Part shown: piece after piece, positions 8,689 through 17,453 of the stretch | Numbering within the stretch: position 1 is the stretch's first letter | How the letters are laid out: every line of letters begins with the position of its first letter | From: an uncultured Thermoleophilia bacterium | GTDB lineage: Bacteria > Actinomycetota > Thermoleophilia > Gaiellales > Gaiellaceae | Direction of reading: 5' to 3' | Length of the DNA: 64,000 bases | Assembly (NCBI GenBank): GCA_963769545.1 | Contig: CAVYMB010000003.1 | Span: 22,386-86,385, forward strand | Program-made: the position numbers and the translations under genes | Notes under the pieces: model-generated | Databases searched by the model: none | Seen by the model: only the letters and a program-made list of their open reading frames with translations | What the model was told of the DNA's origin: nothing

Positions 8689-8951
8689 GTGGGGGACGAC
8701 CTCGACCTGCCTGCGTTCGTCGCGGCTCGCGTACCGACGGAACGGCCCGCGCTGCTCGTACTGGCATGCTTCGTCGGCGCACCGCTTGCGGCGCGGGCCC
8801 TCGGACACGGGCCGAACGAGTATTTCCCGCAGGCCACCAACTGCCGATGATGACCGGCATTGTCATCGTCGTCGCTGCCACGGTCGTGATCCTCAACCTG
8901 CTCGCCGACCTCGCAGCGATGAAGTTCGACCCGCGCATCAAGCCTGCCTGA
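8689..8951 (+). pseudogene. Relic of an ABC (Dpp/Opp-type) transporter permease with the central part deleted
   Basis: The end of listed ORF 8766..8951, GIVIVVAATVVILNLLADLAAMKFDPRIKPA, matches the conserved C-terminus of peptide/nickel ABC permeases. A 53-codon ORF with a GAGGAG RBS and GTG at 8689 (AFVAARV..PALLVLACFVG) loosely resembles the N-terminus and lies in another frame. The roughly 230 codons in between are missing. Confidence 0.4.
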
Positions 8952-9179
8952 GCAGCCGCCACGATGACGCCGAGGTTCGAACGAACACTCCGAGTTCGCG
9001 CTGACCATCGATCGCACGCATACTGAAGGAAGGATCCGGGGAGGAGGTGTCGCCGCACTCGACTCTCCGGTGGCGCCCGCGGCTTCGGCCGCGGGTCGCT
9101 GTTGGGTCTCAGTCGCTCGTGCTGTCAATTCCTTTACTCGAGCGGTCTGGCGGCTCTGGAACACTTCAGCGAGGTCCGA

Positions 9180-10241
9180 TTGCCGCCGCGTCTCGCCCTT
9201 GCCGCTCTCCTGATCGCGACCGCGTCGTCGGCCGGTGCGCTCGGCCGCGCCGATGCCGGCACGTCGCCGACGATCAGTCGCATGGTCGGCCAGCTGATGC
9301 TGGTCCGCATGCAAGGGCAGGTACCGAGCGCCTCGTTTCTCGCGCGCGTGCGCGACGGGCAGATCGGCGGGGTCGTGCTTTTCGCCGACAACTTCGGCGC
9401 CGCCGGCCCGGCGCAGCTCGCCGCGACGCTGCAGGCCGCTGCAACCTCGGGGCATCAACCGCCGCTGCTGATCGCGATCGACCAGGAGGGCGGGATCGTC
9501 AAACGCCTGCCCGGCGCGCCGACGCTTGCGCCGTCGCAGATGCGCTCGGCGACGATCGCCGAGCAGCAGGGGCTCGCGACCGCTCGCAATCTGACGACGA
9601 ACGGCGTCAACACCGACCTCGCCCCGGTGCTCGACATCGGGCGCGGCGGCTTCATCACGTCGCGCAGCTTCGGCAGCACACCGGCAGCCGTCGCGGCGCG
9701 TGGCGCCGCGTTTGCGGCCGGCCTGGCGCACGGGCACGTTCTGGCGACGGCGAAGCACTTTCCGGGGCTCGGCTACGCGGCGCTGAGCACCGACTCGTCG
9801 GTCGCCAAGGTGACGGCGAGCGCGAGGCAGCTGAAGGTCGACTGGGCGCCGTTCAGCGCGGCGATCAGGAGTGGGGTGCCGCTCGTGATGATGTCGACGG
9901 CCGTCTATCCCGCTCTAGGGTCGGCGTTGCCCGCCGCGCTCTCGCCGGACGTGGTCAACGATCTTCGCCGCCTTGCGTTCACCGGCGTGATCGTGACCGA
10001 TGCGCTGCAGACCCCTGCCGTCAACGGCTTCGTCACGACGACCCGAGCCGCCGTCCTCGCGGTCGAGGCGGGCGACGACATGGTGCTCGCCGCGGGGCCG
10101 AGCGACAGCGTGCACGACACCGACGGTGCGTCGATCCCGGCGTACGACGCGCTGGTCGCCGCTGCGCGCTCGGGCGCGCTCGCCCAGCAGACTCTGAAGT
10201 CCGCCTACGCCAAGGTGCTGGCGCTCAAGCTGAGCCTGTAG
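9180..10241 (+). CDS. Glycoside hydrolase family 3 (beta-N-acetylhexosaminidase/NagZ-like), secreted
   Basis: Part of listed ORF 9102..10241. TTG at 9180 with GAGG upstream gives the signal peptide MPPRLALAALLIATASSAGALGRADA. Motifs LLIAIDQEGG, TDLAPVLD, KHFPGLG and GVIVTDAL are present. Confidence 0.8.
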   Translation: MPPRLALAALLIATASSAGALGRADAGTSPTISRMVGQLMLVRMQGQVPSASFLARVRDGQIGGVVLFADNFGAAGPAQLAATLQAAATSGHQPPLLIAIDQEGGIVKRLPGAPTLAPSQMRSATIAEQQGLATARNLTTNGVNTDLAPVLDIGRGGFITSRSFGSTPAAVAARGAAFAAGLAHGHVLATAKHFPGLGYAALSTDSSVAKVTASARQLKVDWAPFSAAIRSGVPLVMMSTAVYPALGSALPAALSPDVVNDLRRLAFTGVIVTDALQTPAVNGFVTTTRAAVLAVEAGDDMVLAAGPSDSVHDTDGASIPAYDALVAAARSGALAQQTLKSAYAKVLALKLSL

Positions 10242-10263
10242 CTCGGCTCCGCCGCGGTCTAGG

Positions 10264-10689
10264 GTGTGGCTCGTGGGCGCTCCCGATCAACGGCAGGTGC
10301 TGGTCGAGCGCGATCCGGTGCCGGTGATGTTCAAGCGCGCCGCCGACGAGCAGTCCGCGATCAGCCGCGCGGTTTCCGAGGTCGAGGCAGCGGTCGGTCT
10401 ACGCGGCCGGAAGTACTACGGAGCGTTCGACATCGGCGGCGATGAATACCGCGTGTGTGTCCAGTTGCGGGACGGCGACGATCCGGCTGCGCTCGGCCTG
10501 GAGACCGGGGTACTTCCGGGCGGCCGCTACGCCCGCGTTCGCCTCGAGGGCAAGCCGCCTGGGCTCTACGCGGTGATCGCGCCGTCGTTCGAACGGCTCT
10601 CGGCGCGGCCCGACCGCGACGTCAGCCGGCCCGGGATCGAGTACTACCGCCGCCACGGCGTGATCGACCTGCTCCTCCCGGTCGCCTGA
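10264..10689 (+). CDS. GyrI-like small-molecule-binding domain protein
   Basis: Listed ORF. The pattern KYYGAFD...YRVCV...LPGGRYARVRLEG resembles GyrI-like/SOUL-type effector-binding domains. Confidence 0.5.
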   Translation: MWLVGAPDQRQVLVERDPVPVMFKRAADEQSAISRAVSEVEAAVGLRGRKYYGAFDIGGDEYRVCVQLRDGDDPAALGLETGVLPGGRYARVRLEGKPPGLYAVIAPSFERLSARPDRDVSRPGIEYYRRHGVIDLLLPVA

Positions 10690-10783
10690 GCCGGGCCGAC
10701 GGTTCATCGCCGAGGTTTGACAAATGCCTCCACGGCTACACCAACGTGTTTCCTCTAACCCGCACGAGTACCAAGGAGGACCG

Positions 10784-11194
10784 ATGCTCAAAGAGAGATC
10801 GAAACCGAGAGACGTGGCAGCCGGTGTCGTCGGCGCCGTATCCCCCTACGCCGACCAGCTTGCGCACGACCCGGTGCTTCGCCGCCGCCTCGCGAAGGCA
10901 ATTGTCGCCGCCGCCGCGGCGCAGGCACAGGCTCGCCGTCGAAGCGGCTTCGGCGGGCTCGCGCTGAGGCTCGCGTCCGATGCCATGTTGCGGCGGCAGA
11001 TCGCCGAAGCTGTCGCTCAGCTGCAACAGGGAAAGGAGCGGATCGAGCATCGACGCCGCCTGCGGTCCCGTGTGGTCGTGCTGTCGCTCGCCGGCGCCGG
11101 TCTCGCTGTGCTCGCGTTGCCCGTCGTTCGCAGCAAGCTGCACGGTGCTGCGACCGAGTCGGCCGCACCGGCAGAGAGCCCCCTATCGGAGTAG
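10784..11194 (+). CDS. Hypothetical membrane protein (136 aa)
   Basis: Part of listed ORF 10724..11194, with ATG at 10784 preceded by AAGGAGGA. It has a C-terminal TM segment VVVLSLAGAGLAVLALPVV. Confidence 0.55.
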   Translation: MLKERSKPRDVAAGVVGAVSPYADQLAHDPVLRRRLAKAIVAAAAAQAQARRRSGFGGLALRLASDAMLRRQIAEAVAQLQQGKERIEHRRRLRSRVVVLSLAGAGLAVLALPVVRSKLHGAATESAAPAESPLSE

Positions 11195-12787
11195 GAGCTC
11201 CGCGAGCGGCCGCGTGTTCAGCACGTCGGCCGGCGTCGCATCGCCGCGGCGGGCGGTGTGCACCGCGAGTGTCATGTTGTCGAGCCCGGCGATCGAGTGC
11301 GCGTCGGTCGAACAGACGATGCGTACGCCCGCATCGATTGCGAGCCGCGTGTGCTCCCCGCTCAAGTCGAGGCGCGCGGGAAGACCGTTCACCTCGAGGG
11401 CGACGCCCGTCGCCAGCGCGGTCTCGATCGTCCGCTCGAGGTCGAGTGCGTTCTCCGGTCTGTGACCGATCAGTCGTCCGGTGGGGTGGCTGAGACAACG
11501 AACGGCCGGGTGCTGCATCGCGTGCACGACGCGCGCGGAGAGCTCGCGCCGCGGCGTCCGCTGTCCTGCGTGGAGAGAGAGTTGCACCCAGTCGAGCTCC
11601 GCCAGGGTCCCGTCCGGAAGATCGAGCCGTCCGTCGGGGAGGATGTCGCACTCGATCCCCGCGAGCACCCTGAACGGTGCCAGTGACTCGTTGGCGGCTC
11701 GGATCTCCTCGGCCTGACGGCGCACGTCGTCCGCTCCGAGCCCCGGAACCACGCGGACACTCGTCGTGTGGTCGCAGATCGCGAGGTACTCGTACCCTCG
11801 CTCCCGCGCCGCCTCGGCCATCTGGAGGACCGTCGCCCTGCCGTCCGACCAGACGGTGTGGCAATGAAGGTCGCCCCGGATCTCCTCGAGCCGGACGAGC
11901 CGGGGCGGCGGGTCGGGCGCCGGCAGCCTCCGCAGCTCCGGTGGGAGATAGGGCAGGCCAAGCCGTTGGAAGACCGAATGCTCGTCGGGCGCGTCGGGGA
12001 TTGGCTCGAGCGAGGCGACGTAGTCGGTCGGCCCGGTCGCGCGCAGCAAGGACGATCCGAGCGCTTCGGGCAGCGGGACGTGAAGCTCGACCTCGACGCC
12101 GTCGAGCGTCAGCCCCACGTCCCGGCCGACCATCGTGACGATCTCCGGCAGTTCCGAGAACCGTGCGCGCACCCGCTGCGGCTCGGTCGTCGGCACGACG
12201 ATCGCGAGCCGCCGCGACGCGTCCTCCCACCGCCGAGCCTCCCCGGCCGCATGCCCGCCGAGCGCGGCCGCGACGCGCTCCGACAGGACACGCGCGCGAT
12301 CGAGCAGCATCAGCGCCGGCGGCGTCTGATCTTCGTGCGCGAGCGCGTCGAGGATCCGTGCCTCGGTGCGCGGGCCGATGCCGCGAACCTCGCGAAGCCG
12401 TCCTGCTCGCGCTGCGATCCGCAGCTCGTCGGCGGTGCTGATCCCGAGCGTCTGACCGATCGCAGACCCGAGCTTCGCGCTGAGCCCGAGCCTCCGTCCG
12501 AGCGCCGCGAGCTCGGGTGACGCCACGCGTCGCAGCTCGTCGAGCTCGGCGATCCGGCCCGTGCCCACGAGCTCCTGTAACCGCGCCTCGATCCCGGGCC
12601 CGATCCCGCGGAGCTCACGGACGCGACCGGTCCGTACGAGTTCGGCGATCGGTGTCGGAAGGCCGCGGAGCAGCCCGGCGGCCCGTCGATAGGCCCGCGC
12701 CGAGTAGGGTCGGGCGTCTGCGAGCTCGAGTAGCGCCGCGTACTCGTCGAGTGTGGCCGCGATGCGAACATTGTCGAGGTCGGCCAT
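11183..12787 (-). CDS. polX: Family X DNA polymerase with C-terminal PHP domain (PolX); polymerase active site apparently degenerate
   Basis: Part of listed ORF 11183..13063, with ATG at 12787 (MADLDNVRIAA). HhH motifs are present (LRGIGPGIEARL, VRGIGPRTEARI). PHP motifs are present (GDLHCHTVWSDG, AICDHT, CSTDAH). Confidence 0.85.
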   Translation of the reverse strand: MADLDNVRIAATLDEYAALLELADARPYSARAYRRAAGLLRGLPTPIAELVRTGRVRELRGIGPGIEARLQELVGTGRIAELDELRRVASPELAALGRRLGLSAKLGSAIGQTLGISTADELRIAARAGRLREVRGIGPRTEARILDALAHEDQTPPALMLLDRARVLSERVAAALGGHAAGEARRWEDASRRLAIVVPTTEPQRVRARFSELPEIVTMVGRDVGLTLDGVEVELHVPLPEALGSSLLRATGPTDYVASLEPIPDAPDEHSVFQRLGLPYLPPELRRLPAPDPPPRLVRLEEIRGDLHCHTVWSDGRATVLQMAEAARERGYEYLAICDHTTSVRVVPGLGADDVRRQAEEIRAANESLAPFRVLAGIECDILPDGRLDLPDGTLAELDWVQLSLHAGQRTPRRELSARVVHAMQHPAVRCLSHPTGRLIGHRPENALDLERTIETALATGVALEVNGLPARLDLSGEHTRLAIDAGVRIVCSTDAHSIAGLDNMTLAVHTARRGDATPADVLNTRPLAELLLR

Positions 12788-12869
12788 GCGAGACAGCGTA
12801 AGAGCAACGTGATTCGTCCCGCCCGTTCGTTGGAGATCGTGATGGAATGCCGACCGTGAAGGAGTCCTC

Positions 12870-13160
12870 GTGAAGCTCTTGTACAAGCCGTTCGGAATGC
12901 TCGTGAGCATCGTCGGCGGCCTCGTGGCAGCCGCGGCGTTCAAGCAGCTCTGGCAGCGCGTCGGCCACGAGACCGACAAGCCCAATGCGACCGACCGCGA
13001 TCGCGGCTGGTCGGAAGTCGTCGTCGCGGCAGCGTTGCAGGGGGCGGTGTTCGGCGGCGTCAAAGCCCTCGTCGATCGCGCCGGTGCGGCCGGTTACCAG
13101 CGCGTCACCGGCGTCTGGCCGGGCGACGAATCCACCCACGAGAAGCAGGGCGACGACTGA
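12870..13160 (+). CDS. DUF4235 domain protein
   Basis: Listed ORF with a GTG start. MKLLYKPFGMLVSIVGGLVAAAAFKQLW ... DRDRGWSEVVVAAALQGAVFGGVKALVDR matches the family pattern. Confidence 0.7.
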   Translation: MKLLYKPFGMLVSIVGGLVAAAAFKQLWQRVGHETDKPNATDRDRGWSEVVVAAALQGAVFGGVKALVDRAGAAGYQRVTGVWPGDESTHEKQGDD

Positions 13161-13386
13161 TGGCACGCACCCCGATCGAGGAGCACCGTACGACCTAGAA
13201 TGCGGCTCGTTTCCGCTCGGCGAGCAGGATGGCGGGCGACTCGCGGACAGAGGGGGACAGCACTTCCACGGGCCGCCCGCCCTTGCCGTTCGCGTTCGTC
13301 AGGTCTCGCGGCGGCATAGATACAGACGTCGCGGGGGGCGGAAGGTTTGACGTAGGCCGAGGTCCGGGCAGAATGTCGGTGGTTCC

Positions 13387-13626
13387 ATGCCGCTGGCGCC
13401 CGAGCATCCGATGAAGGCCGATGCCCAAGGGATCGGGTTCGTTCGCCGCCGTGTGAACGAGACGACCTACGAAATGGCGATCGAGCACGGCGTCGACGAC
13501 GACCTGCAACTCGAGTTCATGTGCGAGTGCGGCCGGGTCGAGTGCAGCGACCAGATCGTGCTGCTGCTCAGCCAGTTCGACCGGTCGGCTCCGATCGGCG
13601 CGCTGGTAGCGCACCCCCCCGAGTAG
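13387..13626 (+). CDS. Hypothetical protein (79 aa)
   Basis: Listed ORF with plausible composition and a Cys cluster CECGRVEC. No family was recognised. Confidence 0.4.
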   Translation: MPLAPEHPMKADAQGIGFVRRRVNETTYEMAIEHGVDDDLQLEFMCECGRVECSDQIVLLLSQFDRSAPIGALVAHPPE

Positions 13627-13634
13627 ACGCGGGT

Positions 13635-13668
13635 CGCGGGGTAGGCGGCGTTCACCGCCCACCCCGCG
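13635..13668. terminator. Nested hairpin between convergent genes (possible bidirectional terminator)
   Basis: The arms are cgcggggt (13635-13642) and accccgcg (13661-13668), with an inner ggcgg/ccgcc stem. No clear U-tract follows. Confidence 0.4.
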
Positions 13669-13675
13669 CGCGCGA

Positions 13676-15922
13676 TCAGAAGTGGTTCACGCAGCTGCTG
13701 CCGTCGGCATCCGAGTTCGTGCCGTCGGGGCAGATCGTGTCCGACCAGACCGCACCGAACAGGCTCGCCGCCTGCAGGCGTGCGCCGGTCAGGTCTGCAT
13801 GGCGGAAGACTGCCTGTGTCAGGTTGCTGCCGAAGAAGTTCACGCCCTGCAGGTTCGCGTTGGTGAAGTCGGCGTTGCTCTCGTTGCCGTTTCGCAGGTC
13901 GGCGCCCTTGAGAACGGCGTTCTCGAGGAACGCCCCGAACAGATTCGAGCTCGACACGTTCGCGTTCGTCAGCAGGGCGCCCGAGAGGTTCGCCCGCTGC
14001 AGGTTGCGATCGGAGAGGTCGGCTCCTCGCAGATCGACCTGACCGCTCACCGGGTCGAGCGTGACGGCAGGTGCGTTGCACCTGGAGAAGTCGAACAGCC
14101 CGGCGAGGTCGAACGGGATGTGCTCTCTCTGGTCGACGCCCTTGAGCGCCTGATCGAACGATCCGGGGATCGCCGGAAGGTGCCAGTTGTACTCGATGAA
14201 GTTGATGATCGAGGACTGGTCGCTCAGATTGCTGTCGACCGCGTTCTGCTTCGCACACGGTGAGACGACGAGCAGCGGCAGACGCGGGCCGAGCCCGCAG
14301 CGGCCCTGTTCTCCGGCGAGCGGTGCGCTCGCCTGCGGCTTCGCACCGCACTGCTGCGACGTCGGGTTCTGCGCGTTGATCGTCCCCTTGACCGTGTTGG
14401 TCAGGTTGTCGGCGGGCGACAGCGACCCGTTGGTGACGCCGCTGTAGACGTGGTCGTACCAGCCGTCGGAATCGTCGTAGCTGACGATCACGGCTGTGCT
14501 CGACCAGTCGGGCGTCTTCTCGAGCGCGTTGACCTCGCGAACGATGAACTGTTGTTCGTCCGAGGGGTCCGAGTACGCGGCGTGTCCGTCCTCGTAGCCC
14601 GGCGCTTTCAGATACGTGACCGCGGGCAAGGCGGACGCAGGCGTCGTGCCTGCATTGATCGCTGCGACCAGCGCGTCGAAGTCGCCGGTGTCGTAGTTGT
14701 GATTCGCGGTGTCGAACTGCGGCACGCCGCCGACGAAGTGCTGCGTGTCGGTGCCGATGCTCGCGAGGCTCGCCGGCGCGAGGTGGTGTGGGTTGGCGGT
14801 GGTGGCGTAGTACTCGAACGGCTCGTGGTGGGCGATGTAGTCGTCCTTGAAGCCGAACTGGTGCGTGGCGGCGGTCTCGCCGAGGGCCACACCGACCGGA
14901 TGGACCGCGTCGCAGAGCGCCTGGTTGGACGCTCCGGTCGGCACGACCTTGCCCGTGAACGATCCGGAGAACTCGTCGGGGATGAACGTCGCAGTCGACT
15001 GTCCTGTATGCCCCGTCGCTGCAGCGGCGGCGGCGAAGCTGGACGTCGGCGCGAAGCCGCCCTGGAACCAGCCCCAGGAGATCCCGGCGGCGTTCAACTC
15101 ATCGCCGATGTTGGTGCCCTCGAGCGCGACAGCGTCGCGGGTCGAGCAGTCGTCCCAGTACGGCTGTGCGTCACTCGTGAGCGAGTACCCGCCGAGGCCG
15201 TCGGGCGTGATGTCGGCGTCGGGCGCCGTCGAGGTCGCGACCGACGGGCTGTTTGCCTCGTGCGCGGTGTCGACGCCGCCGGTGTTGCCGGAGGTCAAGT
15301 TGATCGCTCCCGGCGCGGACGGACCGAACGTCGTTCCGAACGAGTTGTCGCTCATCGCGAAACGCTGCGCGTAGTTCCAGAGCGCGGTCACCGAGTTGCC
15401 GTCGTAGTAGTCCATGACGATCTTCGGGTCGCAGAGCGCGCCTCCGGAGGTGGTCCCGCCGCCCGGGTTGTGCGTGCCGCCGTCGGTACCGACGCTCTGG
15501 ACGAACTGATCCATGGCGCCGTTGTCGAACGACTGCTGCTCGTCGCTGTAGTTGTGATCCTGGTCACAGGTGATGAGGCCGCCCGGGTCGCCCGCCAGGC
15601 CCGTCGGGCTGCTGTCGAGGCGCTTCGGCGGCGCAAGGTTCGGGTTGTGCGCGAGGAGCGCGGTCGATAGCCCGTTCACCGCTGGTGTCCCTGGGACCGC
15701 GGCGAACGGCGATCCGTCGGTGTTCGAAGCTTCGGGATAGGTGCCGAAGTAGTGATCGAAGGAGACGTTCTCCTGGAAGATCACGACGAGATGCTGAATC
15801 GGCGTCGCCGTCTTGATGCCGCCGCCTTGGGCGCCTGACGATGCAGAGGCGCCGATGACGGCGGCCACTGCCACAAGCCCGGCCAACGCGAGCAGCGCGC
15901 CGCGTACGCGAGAGCGCAACAT
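13676..15922 (-). CDS. Secreted phosphoesterase (phospholipase C / AcpA acid phosphatase family) fused to C-terminal pentapeptide repeats
   Basis: This is the C-terminal 749 aa of listed ORF 13676..17536, with ATG at 15922 preceded by GAGGGAGGGG. It has the signal peptide MLRSRVRGALLALAGLVAVAAVIGASASSGA and the motif IQHLVVIFQENVSFDHYFGTYP. The last ~118 aa are A(D/N)LXX repeats (ADLSDRNLQRANLSGALLTNANVSSSNLFGAFL...). Confidence 0.85.
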   Translation of the reverse strand: MLRSRVRGALLALAGLVAVAAVIGASASSGAQGGGIKTATPIQHLVVIFQENVSFDHYFGTYPEASNTDGSPFAAVPGTPAVNGLSTALLAHNPNLAPPKRLDSSPTGLAGDPGGLITCDQDHNYSDEQQSFDNGAMDQFVQSVGTDGGTHNPGGGTTSGGALCDPKIVMDYYDGNSVTALWNYAQRFAMSDNSFGTTFGPSAPGAINLTSGNTGGVDTAHEANSPSVATSTAPDADITPDGLGGYSLTSDAQPYWDDCSTRDAVALEGTNIGDELNAAGISWGWFQGGFAPTSSFAAAAAATGHTGQSTATFIPDEFSGSFTGKVVPTGASNQALCDAVHPVGVALGETAATHQFGFKDDYIAHHEPFEYYATTANPHHLAPASLASIGTDTQHFVGGVPQFDTANHNYDTGDFDALVAAINAGTTPASALPAVTYLKAPGYEDGHAAYSDPSDEQQFIVREVNALEKTPDWSSTAVIVSYDDSDGWYDHVYSGVTNGSLSPADNLTNTVKGTINAQNPTSQQCGAKPQASAPLAGEQGRCGLGPRLPLLVVSPCAKQNAVDSNLSDQSSIINFIEYNWHLPAIPGSFDQALKGVDQREHIPFDLAGLFDFSRCNAPAVTLDPVSGQVDLRGADLSDRNLQRANLSGALLTNANVSSSNLFGAFLENAVLKGADLRNGNESNADFTNANLQGVNFFGSNLTQAVFRHADLTGARLQAASLFGAVWSDTICPDGTNSDADGSSCVNHF

Positions 15923-16038
15923 GTCTTGTCTTACCCCTCCCTCTGAAGTGGACGGGCCCGAGTTTTCCAACGTCGGTTGGCCCAGTGGGTTACCGGTTGG
16001 CGACGAACCGGCTACAACCGCGTGGCGGTCCTCCGGGG

Positions 16039-16347
16039 CTAGCGGTCGCCCGCCGGAGTGTCGGCGAGGGTCGTGACGAACGCATCGATCTCCGCACGCG
16101 TGTACGGCGAGTGACGGCGCCGTTCGCCTGCGGGGTCGTGCCGCAAGCCGGTCTCGCGGCGCCACGCGCCGGCGGGCCGGATCGGCCGTGCAACGAAACC
16201 GCCGCCGCAGTTGGGGCAGACGTCGTGCAGGATCTCCTCGACGCAGGTTGCGCAGAAGGTGCACTCGTACGAGCAGATCCGCGCTTCCGCGGAGTCCGGC
16301 GGGAGATCCTTGTCGCACAGCTCGCAGTTCGGTCGAAGCTCGAGCAT
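16039..16347 (-). CDS. DUF1272 domain (zinc-ribbon-like) protein
   Basis: Listed ORF. MLELRPNCELCDKDLPPDSAEARICSYECTFCATCVEEILHDVCPNCGG matches the DUF1272 pattern. Confidence 0.7.
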   Translation of the reverse strand: MLELRPNCELCDKDLPPDSAEARICSYECTFCATCVEEILHDVCPNCGGGFVARPIRPAGAWRRETGLRHDPAGERRRHSPYTRAEIDAFVTTLADTPAGDR

Positions 16348-16387
16348 TCAGGACGAGGCTATCCGTGTCTCGGCGCGCGGGCGACAG

Positions 16388-17428
16388 GTGCGCGATGATC
16401 CCGGGGTGACCGTCGATTCGACGTCGTCCGCGGCTGAATCGCAGCGGATCACCCAGCGTCCGCAGTTTCGTGTCGGTGCCATCGTCGCTGTCGCGCTCCT
16501 GATCGCGTTCGTCGTCTGGCTGCTCGTCCGCGGCTCGGGGTCGTCGACGCCGGCCCAGGCGCCCCTGCGCGCAGGAGCCGTGCCCGTCACGCCCGCCGTT
16601 CTCGCGGCGCTCGCACGATCGACGAGCGCGCCGATCTACTGGGTCGGGCCTCGCTCCGACTCGACCTACGAGCTCACGAAGACGGCCGACGACCGGGTCT
16701 TCATCCGCTACCTGCCTCCGGGTGTCCCGGTCGGGACGGTTCAGCCATACCTGACGGTCGGTACCTACCCGATCGCTCACGCCTTCTCTGTCACGACGAC
16801 GCTCGCGCGCCGGCACGGCGCCGTCCGTGTGCCGATCCCGGGCGGCGGTGTCGCGTTCTACGAATCGAGCTCGCCGACGAACATTTACCTGGCGTTTCCG
16901 AACGAGAGCTACCAGGTCGAGCTGTACGACCCGTCGCCCGCGCAGGCCCGCAGCCTCGCCGTCTCCGGCCAAGTCGCACCCGTTTCCACCGCCCGTGCAG
17001 CTTCGAGCACCGTCGTGACGGCGACGACGCGGGCCCAGTTGCAGTCGCTCTCGGCCTCGCTCGGCCGTCCGATCTACTGGGCCGGGAACCGCGCCGGCAC
17101 GACGTTCGAGCTGACGCGCGCACCCGGCGAGCACGTCTTCGTCCGCTACCTCCCGGCCGGAGCCGCGATCGGGACCGATCATCCGTACCTGACGATCGGC
17201 ACGTATCCCGTCAATGATGCGTTCGGCCTGACGAAGGCGCTGTCCAGGGATCCGAGCTCGGTTCGCGTCCCCGTCGGACAGGGCGGCGTCGCGTTCTACA
17301 GCCGCGCGCGGCCGACCAATGTGTACGTCGCCTACCCGGACACCGGCATCCAGGTCGAGGTCTACGACCCGGCTCCAGGCGCCGCGCTCCGGCTCGTGTC
17401 CTCGCAGCGGATCGCGCCGGTCGGCTGA
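16388..17428 (+). CDS. Membrane-anchored protein made of two ~135-aa tandem repeats (unknown family)
   Basis: Part of listed ORF 16211..17428. The likely start is GTG 16388 or 16406. It has the TM segment VGAIVAVALLIAFVVWLLV. The two halves align (PIYWVGPRSDSTYELTK..VFIRYLPPG..YLTVGTYP..VAFYES..NIYLAFP..YQVELYDP and PIYWAGNRAGTTFELTR..VFVRYLPAG..YLTIGTYP..VAFYSR..NVYVAYP..IQVEVYDP). Confidence 0.6.
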   Translation: MRDDPGVTVDSTSSAAESQRITQRPQFRVGAIVAVALLIAFVVWLLVRGSGSSTPAQAPLRAGAVPVTPAVLAALARSTSAPIYWVGPRSDSTYELTKTADDRVFIRYLPPGVPVGTVQPYLTVGTYPIAHAFSVTTTLARRHGAVRVPIPGGGVAFYESSSPTNIYLAFPNESYQVELYDPSPAQARSLAVSGQVAPVSTARAASSTVVTATTRAQLQSLSASLGRPIYWAGNRAGTTFELTRAPGEHVFVRYLPAGAAIGTDHPYLTIGTYPVNDAFGLTKALSRDPSSVRVPVGQGGVAFYSRARPTNVYVAYPDTGIQVEVYDPAPGAALRLVSSQRIAPVG

Positions 17429-17453
17429 GCCCGCCCGGGTCGCGACCGATTCG

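Noticed and set aside
8489-9758. Minus-strand ORFs 8489..9058 and 8625..9758
   Set aside because: They are Arg/Ala/Pro-rich with no motifs. They overlap the GH3 gene and the permease relic on the other strand.
9047-10327. 426-aa ORF starting at GTG 9047 right after a very strong GGGGAGGAGG Shine-Dalgarno-like sequence
   Set aside because: The translation is Arg-rich and out of frame with the clearly recognisable GH3 enzyme (9180..10241). The purine-rich stretch may be incidental or may belong to the decayed upstream transporter locus.
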